This document shows, piece after piece, positions 45,801 to 60,400 of a DNA stretch of 64,000 nucleotides (position 1 is its first letter; every line of letters starts with the position of its first letter). The notes beneath the pieces are model-generated. The model searched no databases and was not told where the DNA came from. It saw nothing but the letters and a program-made list of their open reading frames with translations. The DNA is taken from positions 31,496,001 through 31,560,000 of the forward strand of contig OZ296658.1 of NCBI GenBank assembly GCA_965655095.1, given 5' to 3'. The stretch is from Haplodiscus bocki. Its lineage: Eukaryota. Made by a program: the position numbers and the translations under genes.

Positions 45801-48800
45801 TTGCATGCGGCATGTTAATGGAATTGTCCCTTCTTCAATTATTTCAACAGGGGAAACAAGTGTTTTTGTCAAGATCTCTGGTGCCACTCATTTCTTTACT
45901 CCGAATTAGTGAGCGAGAAAATTTTGCATCCAGCTTTACTGAAGGCCATCGCGGGACCGGATTTTATACCAGTAGCATATGAGTGTGATTGGAAGACAAA
46001 GAAAGGCTTGACCAGCTACTGAAGGAGTATTCAGACTTGTTCATGAAATGTGAAGCAGATATAGGTAGAAGTATTTTTTTGAAGTAGGGAATGGGGTCAA
46101 AACCGAAGGTCAATCCCCATTGCAAAAGGACAAGGAGAAGGAAAAGTGTTAATGCGGAGAAATCTAGGCAAAATTTGCATCATCTGTTAGCCTTATTCAT
46201 AGCAGTATCATCGTATATGTCTCAGCCAGGCGGTATATTTACGATTAGAAAACAGGAAAAAAAGCTCCTTTGATGTAATTTTAGGTCATTAACTGGCATA
46301 ATTGTCAAAAACGCGTAAAACCTGCCTATGGTTGACAACATTTTATCAAGATTATGCACAGTAAAATTTTTCATCAGCCTTAAGAAGGAGCACGTAATCT
46401 GCAAATTTCGTTAAGGAAAACAAAATGAACCTTAAGGTGCTCCTGCGTGCGAGGTTTCTGCAACTCCAGCGTCACCTTTCAGGAAGCGATGAAAAAACTT
46501 CAGCTTTAATATAACTTCGTATAAGTAGTTTGATCAAGCGCTTTATAGACGAGGTCATCATTGCAACTGAAACCGTCAAATATTGTTCGATTCGTTCATG
46601 AACATTTCTCGATTCTGTGAGAACAAGGTTCAAATGGAACTTCATGCTTCACGCAAACAAAATTGAAGTATCTACGGACAATTACCAACGCAGGAGACAT
46701 GATGCCTGACAACAACAAACTTAGGAAACTTCCGGAGTGGGTTGTTTCATGAAATGGATACCAGCTGTCCAGTGTCTTCAGCTGTTCCAGTTACTGCCAA
46801 AAATTCACCCTGGATTTTTCAGCCAAAGTACACCCCATGATAGTTTTGATGAGAACAAATATTTTTCCCCAGAAGTGTATGGGCATTGCAACACATCAGA
46901 GAAGACTTATCTAACGCTTTACTTTAACACTGCGTACCGATGAGGGATGTTCTGTTCTGTGCACGGAGGCTACCAATGTTGGGTTTTCTCGAGTTCTGCA
47001 TCAGGAACAAAAATTGAGCGGTAGAACAGTGCTGCGCCCTGTGTCCTCCGTCCACAAAACATCCTTGAATCCAACTCCCATGAAAAAAGTTGACTCAAAT
47101 TTAGCGATGTTTGCAGCGGACACGTTCATCAAAAGGTTCATGCCGTTCTTAGACGGGCGGTAAAACACAAGAGACGACAAACTACGTTGGCATGGCTCCA
47201 ACCGTACTTCTTTTGATGAAGAAATTATACCATCAGAAGACGGATCATGGCCCTAGACCAGTTCCACATGGACATTGAACACCGACCACACACTAGGCAT
47301 CGAATTGTTGAAATCCTTGGCAAAAGAAAAAACGCTTCAATAAGTGAGACACAGAATCGACATATTGGTAACAGAAAAATTTGATTTAAGATCTTGTTTT
47401 GACAACATTTTAACGCGTTACCTCTGTGTCCTCAGATTAACTAAGAAGGTGAAAATAATGTCACTCCACGAACTTCCAATCAGAGGCTGTTCGTTTTGCA
47501 ATCAGCATCTTCAGGTTCTGCAAAAAAATTTGGGATGAAAAGGCAAAAGTCCACAGAGCCTCGTCGCAAAACCATTGAAACCGTTTTTCCAGAGTTCATC
47601 TAGAAACAAAAATTCCATGAAGAGCCTCAAAGAAATCAAATGTACGCAGCAATAAAAGTGTCTTCCTTACAGTAAGGAATCCAAAGAGGAGACGTTGTAA
47701 TCGCTCATAGGGACAACTACTTTGACCAAACGCAAGCCCTTGTCGTTCAAATCATCTTGAAAGAATACTCCAGCAGTGTCTATTTCATGAGAGACCCCTT
47801 CATAACACTACCAGTTGACGCCCTGATCCAGGCAACAGGCAAACTGAATGACAAATGTGTCGTTTCAGGAACCAATTTTAAATTTAGAGTTACAATTACT
47901 AGCGAAAAAATACTTAGATAGAAAGAAACAGTATCTCTTCAAGATTGAACAAGACATCGTCCTAGCAGGAAGACCTCTCTAACAGTCAGCTTGTTCACGT
48001 TTCTAACACCTATTTGTGATGTTTCGTTTGTTTCATTCTTGTAAATTTTACGAAAAAAATTACCACTAAACCAGTCATGATGCAACAAAAAAAACTGTGA
48101 TGTAAATTCTGCAATGAGATGAAAGGCCAAGCCTAGGGAAGTAACTTTATCGCAGTAGAGCCCCAACTGTGCCTGACGGGGAAAGGGACACCACAGTGGA
48201 GCAATTTTTTTGTTTTAAAAAAATTTTGTCACTAGAATGTTCAATATTCTACTACAGATCGTTCATTTAGCAGACTTTGCAAGACCAAGGCCGGACATAC
48301 GAAGCTTTTTTTAACCATTGACTACTTCATTAAGTATTCAAAAGCAGTGGCCTGCCAATCCGATGCGTACATTGCTCAGGCCACCGAACGATAACTTTGA
48401 TTCGTTGGTTTTCCAGACTTGATCCTCTATCGACATTACAATATGACAAAGAATCCAAATTGCTACGGACTAGACGCAAATAATCATCCAATTATTGCCA
48501 GCACATCAAATGAACCCAAGGTGTATTGCAACGCCGAAGGAGAAGAACACGTTTCGATTCACTTTCCGTCAACTGCTGTAGGAGAATGACTGAATGGGAC
48601 TTCTATCTGCAAGTATTATTTGGAGCCTATATTAGCTGTTGACAAAATCCAAAACGATTATCGCCGAAAAAGATCATGGTAAGATAACAAATATCAGTTT
48701 CACTTGCAATTCCACTGTTTTACTCCAAATTAACAGCAAAATAAATTGATTCTTAACGGGAAGATGTTGCTGAACTTCCTCAGGAAAAGAAAAACTTTTT

Positions 48801-51800
48801 TGAGGTAGCGCGCCGTAACTTTCACCCAGCGCAACAACTTCAAAAAAACATCAAATCAACAACCGCCTGAGAGGGGGAAGCATCCGCTCCAGGCGAAATG
48901 TTCATGGTCTTTTCATTGTACTTCGTTATTTCATTCCGCAGGGAGGAACTGGAAAGCTGTTCCACCCATGGGTGAGACCTTTTGTAGTAAACCATGTAAC
49001 TCAAGAATGTCGGTGGTACATCTTCTACAAGTGATTCAAGGGTCACTTTGAAGGCCTCAAACCTTTAAAAAATAGCCCTGCGGACTAAAAAAGAGATCAA
49101 GAGCCACCTGCTGGAAAAATCATCTTCGATCCAACTGCCGATGGATGAACCTGTTTAGGTGACCTTGTCAGAAGCGTCGGCCATTGGAGCAGCATAGCCA
49201 CAATTCTTGTAAATAAATCCCACGTTCTAAAGTGGCAATACTGAAAGAAGAGAATCTCTTCGACGTTACATGGACTTTCATTACTTTTTCAGTACACAAA
49301 CGATCATTTCAAGGACGATAAATTTTGCCTTCATACCTGTTGAAACTGATGAACAACTTGATGAAAGACAACCCACTTAAGCATCTTGCCCGAACGTTTT
49401 CACAACCAATAAGAGTCGAATTTACGCGAGGAATTTACTCTACTCTCTAATGTACAATTTTAGCGAAACCGTATGATGTTTTACTCCACTGCACACACTG
49501 TACTTTGCCTCTATCTCAGCCATAACCTTGAATTTGAGCCATCAATGTTGCTGCACCAAGTTCGATACTTTCACCGAACACTATTCACACCATTTTCGGA
49601 ACCAATCTCCAAAGAACCCTTTCCGGGAGGCAGCAAGAAACACTGCATCTCCCAGCCTCAGGACCTCGAGGCAATGCATTCACCTGTTTCTGGATTTGAA
49701 GGTTAACTGGTTTATACCAACAATTCCATTGCGTCTCTGAATTTTCTGCATGAGGACTCCGCTACAATTATTTGCAGAGGATTCCAGAATTGTTTGCCCT
49801 GAAAATTACCACCTGAACCGAAACAGTTGAAGCAGGAGCCGCCGCGCTAAGGAGAGCGACCGTGAGCCGGCAAGAGGCAAAGGAAGATCTGGTTCTTTCA
49901 TCAACTGGATTCAAGGCTCAGCTCTTTTACCAAAGTGTGAACCAACACAAAATATTTTTAATTGGAAAACAGTTACACACCATGCGAGGTACTAAAGCCC
50001 AAGTTTGAAACTTATTGAATGACGCCATAACGGCATTGGTTTGGATTGCGTCTTGGAAACTGTAGTTCGTTCGAAATATCAAATTGAATGTTCCAAATCA
50101 AAGCTCATACAGAGGAGAATGTAGCCTTTGTAGTGGCCAGCTGAGAATAAATGTTAAACACGTCTGAAATGCCAGGAACAATATGAAAGGAAATAAACGA
50201 TGCAATCCTCAGTCATTTGCTACGAAATCCAACACACCGGAAATGGAAGGCACCCAGGAGCTGTACATCACCGATTCATATGTCACAACGCCCTACGATT
50301 AACGTTTGGAAATGGTGAGAAAAGGTAACGCTAAAAGTACTACGTTTTTTTCTTCCGGGGTTTGCACATTGGCTACCTAGTTTCGAAAAAATATTCAAAA
50401 CCACTTTGGTAAAAGTAAATCTCGCACAAGCATGGGACCAGAAAAAAACAGCAGCACCCAATTTTTCCGGCAACCGAAAGACATTGCATCTTCACGACTT
50501 GGCTCATCCCTCTTTCTTCGTTGAGTACTAAAATCTCAAAGTCAGTTTACTCCAATTAGTAACGTTAAAATCACTACTTGTCATAAACTTATATTAATCA
50601 GGGCATTGAAGTGGCCATCGAATGCAGAAAACAACGATTGGGCACTTTCTCAGAGGAACAATGCTCCGCACTCAGATAATGTTTTGCATTCGAGAGGCAG
50701 GTGGACCCTCTCAAGGAACAAGAGCTGTAGCAAAAACTGCTACCGGAGTTGCTAGCCGTAGGCTTCTGCGTGTCCGGGTAGAGACACAGGCAAGACTTGA
50801 CTCTCGAGAAGCTAACCAACAAAAGATGAGTGGACAAAGCAGAAATTTTTACGCTGTTGGGGTGGACACTGGCATCCACATTCATGAAAACAGCCATCCG
50901 GATGACCGACGGTGAGGTTGTCAAGTCCAAAAAATCTGTGGTCCAATCCCCCTCAGCTGAACTACAGGCACTTTCTTCAGCATGAAACGAAGTTTCATAG
51001 TAGGATAGAACTTTGGCTATGCCGGACCAGTTGGCGAATTTTGGAATGACCGGCTGTGTACTTTTGTTTCTGTTGTATTCGTGAATAAATCACCCTAGCG
51101 ACGAAACGGACTTATTTGAAAAAAAAAAAGAACCAGTTGATTAGAATCACGAAAACGATCACGCGGAGCAAAGCATTCACGTGTCACTGGGTGTCATCCA
51201 ACCAGGATTCTTGGACACTGGCAGAACAGCAAACCATGATGACGTCATATTTTGATTTATGACGCCTTCTCAGACAGCGGAAGCCAGCCCGTGGATGGGG
51301 AAGACTTCTTGTTAGTCATGCTTCTGCAATTTTCAAAATTTTTGGTGCCGTAGCATCCCACGACGCGACCACGCCTAGTCGTCCGACAAGACAAAATTAA
51401 TCTTCTGTTCTTCTTTCATAATCGCATGATGTCCAGTTGGGACAATCGGTGAGTGACGTTCAAACCATTGGCAGTCTTTGTAGTATGGTTGCAAATCACG
51501 AAGATGATGACTATCCGCTTAAAAGGTACTCGGAAACTTGCCTAACTATGCCATTGCGGAATGGGCACGTGAACCCTTATAGAACGATGGAAGAGTGTAA
51601 AAATCTGTCAGATAGACCAAACACGAAATCAAAGCTTTTCTGGTCAAACTCCAGAGCTTCTGGGGCATTATCGGGCGGACAATTTCCTCGGAAAGACTTG
51701 CTTACCACAAAGCCACTTTAAGATTCATTTAAAAAATGGTAGCACATAATGTAGCTTGATGATACAAAGTTGAACCATGACGGAGAAGAGAGCATCCGAG

Positions 51801-53758
51801 GGCAAATAGAGCGTGAACTGGTCACCTGTTTCTGCAATAGAACTCCAACTAAAATGCTAACCCGAGCTGAAAGTCCTGGTCTCAATCATTCTGGTTCAGT
51901 AGACCCAGTCACTGGTAAAGGCAATTTTGTTGGAACCATTCTGATGGCTAATTTACTCCCACAGATGGTAGCCAACCTGAGAGATGACGTGTTGAAAGAA
52001 GAATAGCTTTTGTGGAGCGGGCAACAAAGATAACTCGTCCATGATAGGCTTCCAGAAGATGAGTGAACAAAGGAACTCACTGAAAGAAAATAGAATTATA
52101 AATTTTAATCACTTGGACTTTCAGTCACTTCAGGTGTTAAACATTTCAATAAACTGAAGGTGCTACCAAACAACTAACACAAACGTGTCTGATTGCTTCA
52201 ATAATCGACTTTGGGAACGATTCTGCTTTAGTACTGCTTTAGTTCAGCTAGTTTTAGGAATTTATTTCTTGTTCAGCTTTGACACAGTCTTTATTTCGTT
52301 TTGATACAAAGATGTTACTGGTTACAGTTTAATTTGATGTAAACCAAGGCAGTTGAACATATTGACAGACAAATTTTATGGCTCGGCCAGGAAACACTAC
52401 TTAGCACAAACACAAGTTGTGAAAATTAAATTGTAAAAGTATCCAGATCACAGAAGAACTTCTAACACATCCTTGTATTGAACCGATCAGAAAAAATTCT
52501 CACCTCAAAAGTAACCTTGTTTCGTATTGGGTTTCATCTCATGTAACAGTCGCAAAAGGACAAAAAGGAAACAGAAATCTCTCTAGCAGGAAGAAAAAAA
52601 TATAAACTGAGAAGAAAAAGAAGAAACAATAAAAACAAAGTGAATAAGACAAGACAGAAAGATAGAAAGAGAGAAAGAGAGAGAAAGAGAGAGAAAGAGA
52701 GAAGGAGGTAGAGACAGCGATACAGAAGGAGAAAGAAAGATAGAACGAGAGCCACAGTTTGTATTTTGGTTTTGTAAAGATAATTAAAGAATGAAATTAC
52801 ATTATTTGCAGTGAAGTTGATATGACACAAGAAATTGAATAAAATTTCTGGTTATCTTGTCACAAAGTTCCCAGAGAAAGATAATGTGATTGCCCACCCT
52901 GTCCCAACGCCACTGCTCCGAGAATCTACACAATCCTTAGAATGTTTTGCTGCCAAGATTCGACTCATCTCCTAACCCTCTAAGTAATTGTTAAATGCCA
53001 CACCACGCTTCCTTTGTTTACGGAGATGACAATATCAAATCTGATTGAGCTTTTTACGAAACAACGTAGCAGCAATATCGCAAAAGCTGACGAGCAAAGT
53101 CAATGATCCTCCAAATGGAGGTGGAAATCCACAGGTAGCCCGGGGACTGTTGTAATGGAAACCCTTGGGCTAAGCCTTGGCCAAACGACTTCCAAAATTT
53201 GACGATTTTCACTTCTCTGAAAAATTCGAAGTTGCTTTTCCCTGACTTTTACGAGACGCTGGACAGACAAATGAGCAATCTAAAATTAAAAAGACGCGAA
53301 AGTCATTAGCCGCGCACCCTGTCTTCAACCAAACCCATTGACAAGAAAGGGCATAAAAACAGGGTGAATTACCAGAAAAGATCAGTAAAAACTTAAACTT
53401 TACCCAGACAATTTTTGTATTTATGTATTTAATATCATCAATTGACTTTCCTGGGGAAAAACATTTTTCATCTGCTGGTGAGTTTCCAGTTAACACCAAG
53501 ATAATGCTGAATTAGGTTTCACGTGGTGACCTCAGGTCTTTAGGGGTTATAGGAGGAGCCTAAATGTCATATCATGTCATGTCATGTCATTAATCCACGT
53601 GATCGATTCCCCCTCCTCTCTGGAACCCGACAGGGATAGTCGGACCTCAAAATTGCGTGGTCCCGGTAACTAAGCGTTGTGAGTGCTCTGGAACTGGATC
53701 GTTTGTTGTCTGCAGTATTGCTAACAGAGCTTTGTTAGCCGGTTTCTGTTTCATGACA
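42847..53758 (+). mobile_element. Old, heavily decayed Gypsy-like LTR retrotransposon (element C)
   Basis: Diverged direct repeats at ~42847-43056 and ~53539-53758 (shared taggggtt..gagcctaaa, tccacgtgatcgattcccctcctct, agtcggacctca, tggatcgtttgttgtc); TGGCGACC PBS-like site at 43065; right repeat ends TGACA; faint integrase-like DYFIKYSKAV near 48320. No long ORFs. Confidence 0.6.
52590..52750 (+). repeat. Purine-rich (GA/GAAA) low-complexity tract
   Basis: agaaagagagaaagagagagaaagagagagaaagagagaagg etc. Confidence 0.85.
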
Positions 53759-55041
53759 GAGTTGCACACTTCATTGGCACATTTTGAATTCAGAAAAGTC
53801 TCTCTCACAAATTGTTCACTGTTGTGTCTATTTCAATCCTTAATTTTTCCCGCTTGCTTCCATTTTGCTTTGCAGCTGTGCTGTGCACACTTACTTTCGA
53901 TGGTCGAAAAGAGAGCCACAAAACAAATTAGTTAGAAGGAGAATTAATTTAAAAATTAGCGACGAGTTTGAAAAATACGAAGTCGCGACTATATACCATC
54001 AACACATCTCCCGCATACTTTGGACATCGAAAACTTTTCACGGAATAGCTCGTCACTCGAGTTCCACCGGTCATTTTACGGGGATCACAAACAAATAGGA
54101 GCAGCTGGTTGAGAAATTTTCACAGAGAAAGTTTTGAACAAAGTGGTAAACAAAACTGCCAAACACTGCGATTTACCTGCTATTTGGGCTAAAAACACGT
54201 CTTTATGGACAATTTTATGTGCCATGTTTTGCCCAGATAGGGTGACTTCAATCTATTTTTCTGGGAAAAGATGGCAATGACCTCGCTCTAATAATTTTTT
54301 CATCTTCAGCTCTTGTATTTAAAAAGTATATCTAATTTTTTTTTGGAATTTTCGAAGTTTGAAAATATAACAGAGGGGCTCTTCGGTACGACGTATACTG
54401 TCTGGTTAAACCCTTAAATCAAACAAGCTAGGTAAATGACCTTGCAGAACTTTTTGGTATATGTAAAGCAGTATGGCGAAATTTTTTTCGTAGCATGTAA
54501 ACGTTTTTTTCACGTTCCTGTTCTGTAATCTTGCAATCTTGGTGGTGAAATGAATTCGGTACACCAAAAATGTGAAAGTTTATACATCGACAAAAAAGTG
54601 TATATTATTCTGGATAAAAGAGAAGTTCGTAGAGTTCGTAACGTTGCATACCTTGCTCTTGGGAGTTTTCTTGACACGAACAGAGTTTTGTTGAAATCTG
54701 AACTGAATTTCTATTTAACAAATGTCAATAAAATGACTGCATTTTTCATTTGCTGAACAGTTTCAGCCCACACCACAAAAATATCCAGGGTCTGTCATTT
54801 TAAATTGAGTAATTCATGATTGATATTTCCAGCATTTTTTCTGGGTCCTATGGTGATGATAAACTTTAGTGGGTGAAATTTGGTGGAAATAGGTGATGCA
54901 TGATAACGTACGGAAACGTTTGATAATTTTTTAAAGTGAAATTCTCCGGATATTTGAATCATAAATTTATTCAATGGGATGACAAGACTCTGTTTATCTT
55001 GTTGAATCATGAAAAAAAGACACCCTCCAATGCTAGTTTGG

Positions 55042-55983
55042 TTATATTTTCATATCACAAACAGATGCTTGAAGATGCGATGCTTTATAATCGTTCAAGC
55101 CCTTGTAGGTAATCCCATGCCATTTTATTTGAGTGTTTGCAACGAAGTAATCGTTTCCGTAGTTGGGTCGCTGAGAAGAACGCCAGTTCAATAAACTCCC
55201 GTCAACTGTACCCCCATCAACAGTTTTCCAGACATGATCTCTTTTTGGACCTTCTCTGTAAATCCCAAGCCAGTGATCTGTCTGGGACATTTTGTCCAAA
55301 AACCATTCAAGTTGACTTTTTGACCCGTTAACATTGTGAAACAGTTGACCGCCAAGTTGAAGACAATTTGTTTTCGCTTTACTCCAAGTTAGTTGATCGT
55401 GAACAAATCTGTACCATGCCTTCACTCTCTCCGAGTCATCATCGCCTGACAGCCCCCCGTGGGCTGCATCTACGACCATCATTCTCCGTTCAAGTACCTT
55501 CCATTCTGTCACGGAATTGATCTCAGTGATTTCTTTCCAAGAACCCCATTCCCTATCAACTCGCTTCATATTGCAACTTCCGGAGTTTGAGTCATCTTGT
55601 ATATCGTCATATTGTCCGTTGGTTGCACATTTTGGAGATGCAAGTTTTGACATCCCAAAGTATTTACAGTTATTGTCATTTTGTAGAGAATTCTCAGCTC
55701 CTTGAAAAGAATAAATGTCCTGGCTTTTCAATTCACAAGTACCATCGTGGCAGAAATTGAAAGATATGCACTCATTGTGTTTGTTGCAAGCAATTCCACA
55801 CTTAGTACGCGATGGAAGAACTGAACTTGTTAGTGTAGTCCCTGTGAACCTTTTGGCTTCTCTGTACTCATCAAAAACTGTAGATCTGAACGTTTTTGGG
55901 ATTACGGCTTCGGCTTTTGAGAAAACCGCAATATACAAAATAAAAAATTCCATATTTAGCAGCCAAGACATAAATCTCGTCAT
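55042..55983 (-). CDS. Secreted PAN/apple-like + C-type lectin domain protein (313 aa, apparently single exon)
   Basis: Signal peptide (FFILYIAVFSKAEA); CGIACNKHNECISFNFCHDGTCEL PAN/apple-like Cys pattern; CTLD motifs TWSKAKTNCLQLGGQL, HWLGIY, W..VDG, W...RPN, LND, VC; uninterrupted ORF. Confidence 0.85.
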   Translation of the reverse strand: MTRFMSWLLNMEFFILYIAVFSKAEAVIPKTFRSTVFDEYREAKRFTGTTLTSSVLPSRTKCGIACNKHNECISFNFCHDGTCELKSQDIYSFQGAENSLQNDNNCKYFGMSKLASPKCATNGQYDDIQDDSNSGSCNMKRVDREWGSWKEITEINSVTEWKVLERRMMVVDAAHGGLSGDDDSERVKAWYRFVHDQLTWSKAKTNCLQLGGQLFHNVNGSKSQLEWFLDKMSQTDHWLGIYREGPKRDHVWKTVDGGTVDGSLLNWRSSQRPNYGNDYFVANTQIKWHGITYKGLNDYKASHLQASVCDMKI

Positions 55984-57499
55984 TCTGACTGTTGCCTCTG
56001 TGATTTTGCTGGAACGAACGGAAATAATTTATTCGAGCAAACTAACCCACCTTACTCTTAACCAACAGTTGAAAGAACACTCCCACAAACATTTGAACAA
56101 TCAGATTGGAGCGCTTTTTGTCAGAGTGGTTTGAGGAATAGAGAACTATTCATATTGTTTTGTACTGATATTGATTCCGAAGGCAATTCATCCAATACTT
56201 TTTTTAAATTACCGAAGTAATTTTTGTTTTTCTTTCTTTTAATCAATCACAATCAATAATGTCAACAAACGATATGTTTTCAATTTGTTTTCATTGATTG
56301 TTTTTTATCTAAGTTGCTTTTGCTTCGACAAAAGACGACTATTGCAATGCATTGGAGGTTTAGACCACAGGGTTGTGAATATTTAATTTTTGCGTTGCCA
56401 ACAGACTGCGCCGATTTGGGAAATCTTGAAGCACTTTCGAGAGAAAATCGATCTTAGTCTACAAATTATCCATACGACAGCTGACCAAAAAGATTCCAGG
56501 CGGTTCTACCATCACAAACATTCCCTGATCAATCTAATATCATGCTATTTCCCATACAAGACATTCATAGGGCCATGTTTTTGAGGCTTTGAGCTCAAAC
56601 GGAACGGGAAGATGGTAGCGATGAAATCGCTTATTGTCCCAGTATGGATGGTTTGACGTTTTTTCGAAGCTTTGAGAAAAAGAGAGAAAAATTCATATTA
56701 CTCCAGTTTAGCCACAGTGTGTTTTGTTTAGGCGAGTGAACCGTCAACGAAGCGAAGCTTTTTGATGAGACGACTCATGAGAAAATGGAAATAGCAAGGC
56801 GTTTTCAGAGCTCCGAGTGACAGCGAGAATGCCCCATTGTCGGCCGCTTAGCTTGGAAAATTTCTCGTTTGAACTTTGTGTGACATTTTTCTACTTCACC
56901 AATTTCGAACAGCGATAAGTTTTTGTTAAAACATAGGAAAAACTTGGTTTCTGGTTTCTGGTTTTTATTCAAAAGGTTGAAAAGGCTTTTCGGATGGTGC
57001 AAAAAAATTTCTGTTTTTTTCGCGCAGCAGTTATTAGCCCAAACAAAAAAATTCAGCAAACTTCAACCAAGAGAAGTGGGTTTTAAGGTTACATTTATGT
57101 CTTACGCGCAGTTTCAGTTTCACTGACACCTACTTACTTCTTCGTCAATCGAAACTCTACTTGATAACCATATTCTGAATTTTTTCTTTTAGTTTCTGAT
57201 AATCATAATTTCATCCGAATCTTTTGGTTCCCTTTCCATCGTTAACTGGACTTCACTTCGTAAACCTGTGAAAACTGGCCATTTTTACCCCGTCAACTGG
57301 CAAAAGACAAAGAGAGTTCCATAGCGTTGTTATATTGATGGCCTTCGTTAATACTGACTTGGGGGGGGGCATCACAAAAAATTTCCGAAACATTCAATTT
57401 CAGGATTTTTTGCTTAATTTGCCATAGGTGATTGACTCTCTTGACCTTTTGTTTTTAGTATAGCCAAAAGTAAGATAGTTTAGATCCTATCCGCTGACC

Positions 57500-60400
57500 C
57501 TTCTGTCATATCTTTTATTGTATAATTGTGGAATTATTCAGGAACGAGTTTTCGGTAGAACCTTTTCGCTCTGGAATTATTGGCCCAAAAAATAATATTC
57601 ACATTTCTCCTACCAATTTAACTCGAGTTAAAAGTTACACAATTCTAATCAAGGACATGTAGTGGCTAACTTTTACATCTGAAAACGAAAAAAAAACGAA
57701 TAGAAGTTTTGAAATGTCAATTTCACTTAGCTTTTATCAAAGTTTTCCGGGAATTCAAAATTAGTTGTAAACGTGTGGACAATGCCTGTTTATGGCAGGT
57801 TAGCTGTAATGCAACAGTCATACACCATCAACTGACCACCAAGGTGATCTAAAATTTCGAAGAAATCAGAGATTCTCGGGTTAGTCTCAATTTTCTAGAC
57901 GTCTTGCATACTTTTCGCCAGGCCATTGAATTTTTTGAGAAAAGTACACAATTTACCAAAACTACAAATAACTAAGTCAGTTTGTATTCTTCAGCCGCAT
58001 CGTCGAGTGTGTTGTTGTGGAGACATCTGAAAAAGTGTCCGAAAATTGATTTTTCCTCACTTAGCGTTTTGGACTTTACTTCACAAGGGGCGATTCAAAA
58101 ACAGTTTCAATCAAGAAAAAGCTTTTTTAGACCGGCTCGAGAAATAAAATGTCATTCAAGATTTTTCCAATTAATTGCGGCATTAGGTTTCATGATTTTT
58201 TTACTCCAGAAGCGTTGGTCCAAACTCAAACTTCCACTGATGACTATGAATGTATACACAGAATCAGTATATTTTTTCAGCTTTTCCCCCGTCTAAAATC
58301 AGTATACTTTGAGAACGGTTATCAAATTCGAGCGAAAATGAAAGGCGTTCATATGAGAAGCTCAATGTAAAGCAAAACAGCAATACATAAAGTTTCTGAA
58401 AATTATCAAAAATGACTGTTCTTGAAAAAATTCCAACATTTTTTTCCTGCAAAAAGCACGTCAAGACCCTTGTTTGCCGTTAGCCCTGCGTGAGCATTGA
58501 TGCTGGAAGCCGGTTTGCTAAGATCCGAGGCTTTTTTTCTTTTAATCTCCGGTTGTAAGCCTAAACTTCTGACGTTCCTCTGTGTTACTCATTTTTAGCC
58601 GTTTCATCTAAAACCGTATTAATCGGATCAACGTACTTCTTTCAAAACCTGTACTACATGAGTGTAATTGATCATGTAATAATTTTTCGACGTCCGAAAA
58701 TTGTTTGTTCAGAAATTTTTACGCAAACAAGCTGAAAATGCCGATACTTTTTTTTATTAACGTCCTTGGCATATAGATACAGTTGCGGGGTATATTGGTC
58801 TATTGTTTTCAAAACCATGATGTCTTTAGAAAATTTCAAAACATTCATGCTTTTTAAAAATTCATCCTCTTTTGAACCTACAAAAAAATTAGTTGTTTGC
58901 AAATGCTGTTACACTGAATCTCTCAAGATATTCAGACAACGTGGTGATTCAGGAAAGACTTTAATGCCTTTTTGGCAGATTTTTGGCTAAAAATCTGCAA
59001 AAAATTCAGAACCAAAAAATCTTTTTTTCAAGCTTTTCTTCGGACCCAAAGTGCAAAAGATTCTTTTCGCATGACTTTGTTAACAACTGAGCTACCAGTA
59101 CACTCAGAATGCAGTACAAAAAATAGGGGTTGGGAGGTTTTTGTCAGACTTAACATTAAAATTTTGGAAGACGGTTTTCTGAAGCTCGATTGACTGCGCG
59201 AGTTTGTTACTTCCTCTTAAAAAATCAGAAGAGTTTTCCTGTACTGAAAAAAGTCATAGGTGCATTTTCTCTACGTTTTTTCTTCAAGAAGATTCTTCGA
59301 GTTTTCCTCTGTATTAGGGGATACAAAGTACCCCTTGGTTTATTTCATTGTTTTATATTTTCAGGCAAGTGTGTTTGTAAACGTACGGTAATTACTCCTA
59401 AAGTGATGTACGGGATCGGCATGGTGGCTAAAATTCAACATATAAGCTTTCTAAGGCAATTTTTTTAAGCAGGGTGAAGTTTAGAACCTTGGTGATGAAA
59501 GTTGAAATATCCAAATTTTGTTGACTTCATTTTACTTATTAGACGCGCTTTTTGTAGTATAGCATAGATAAAACATGTTCACTGTTGGCCACGGCTAAAA
59601 CTGTCGCTCAGCTATCAATTTTGCATGTTTCGGGGAATCTCAAGTTCATCAATTGGTGATTTTACTACAGTAGGAGCCAAGAAGGTGGAAGTTTTTGCGA
59701 AAAAAAAATAGTTTGATTGCTCCGTCAGATTTAAGCCTGAAAACAATAGAGACTCCCACGACGTCTCTGGCAGTTCCAACTCTTGTCTGTGGCATGTTTT
59801 TTGCTCTTTGCAGGCTTGTGCGAAACACTTTGTAATTAGGTTTTCACTTCTTTTTTTTTGGTTTCGCAGTTTTCGTGACGTTTGCCGTAATCTTTTTCTG
59901 TTCACTTTTATTTCAAAGCCTATTTCCCTTATGAATACACTTTTATCACTAGTGTAACTGCAAGCCTCGGAAGAATTTGGCGACTCAAGAACATAATATC
60001 TAAAAGTTGCCACCAATTAAGTTTTTTTTCGATGGACAAAGTATACTTTCTACCTATGTGACTTGGTAATAAAGTACTTTCAAGCTCTTTAACTATTTTT
60101 TGTACTTCTTTATGCAAAATTTTGCCGTGCAATATTGTGATTTTGTCTTGGTTGTACTGCATGGGTATTTTATGTTTCACATTAGTGGTCGGATAAATTG
60201 AAGAAAAAGATTTTCAAGGGCGGAAAACTGATCTGTCGGTATTCAACTTTCAATTTCAACAATCGATACATGAAGCCCCGCAACAATTATACTCTCCAAA
60301 CTTGCAACATCTTTTGCCGTAGTTGTTTTACATCCACAGATTGTAACTCAGCATGGTAGTCCTGCACGAATGGTGTTTTTCCTCCAACATGGATGCGTCG

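Noticed and set aside
52534-52830. Hydrophobic 98-aa minus-strand ORF resembling a membrane protein
   Set aside because: Translation of a GA-rich low-complexity tract.
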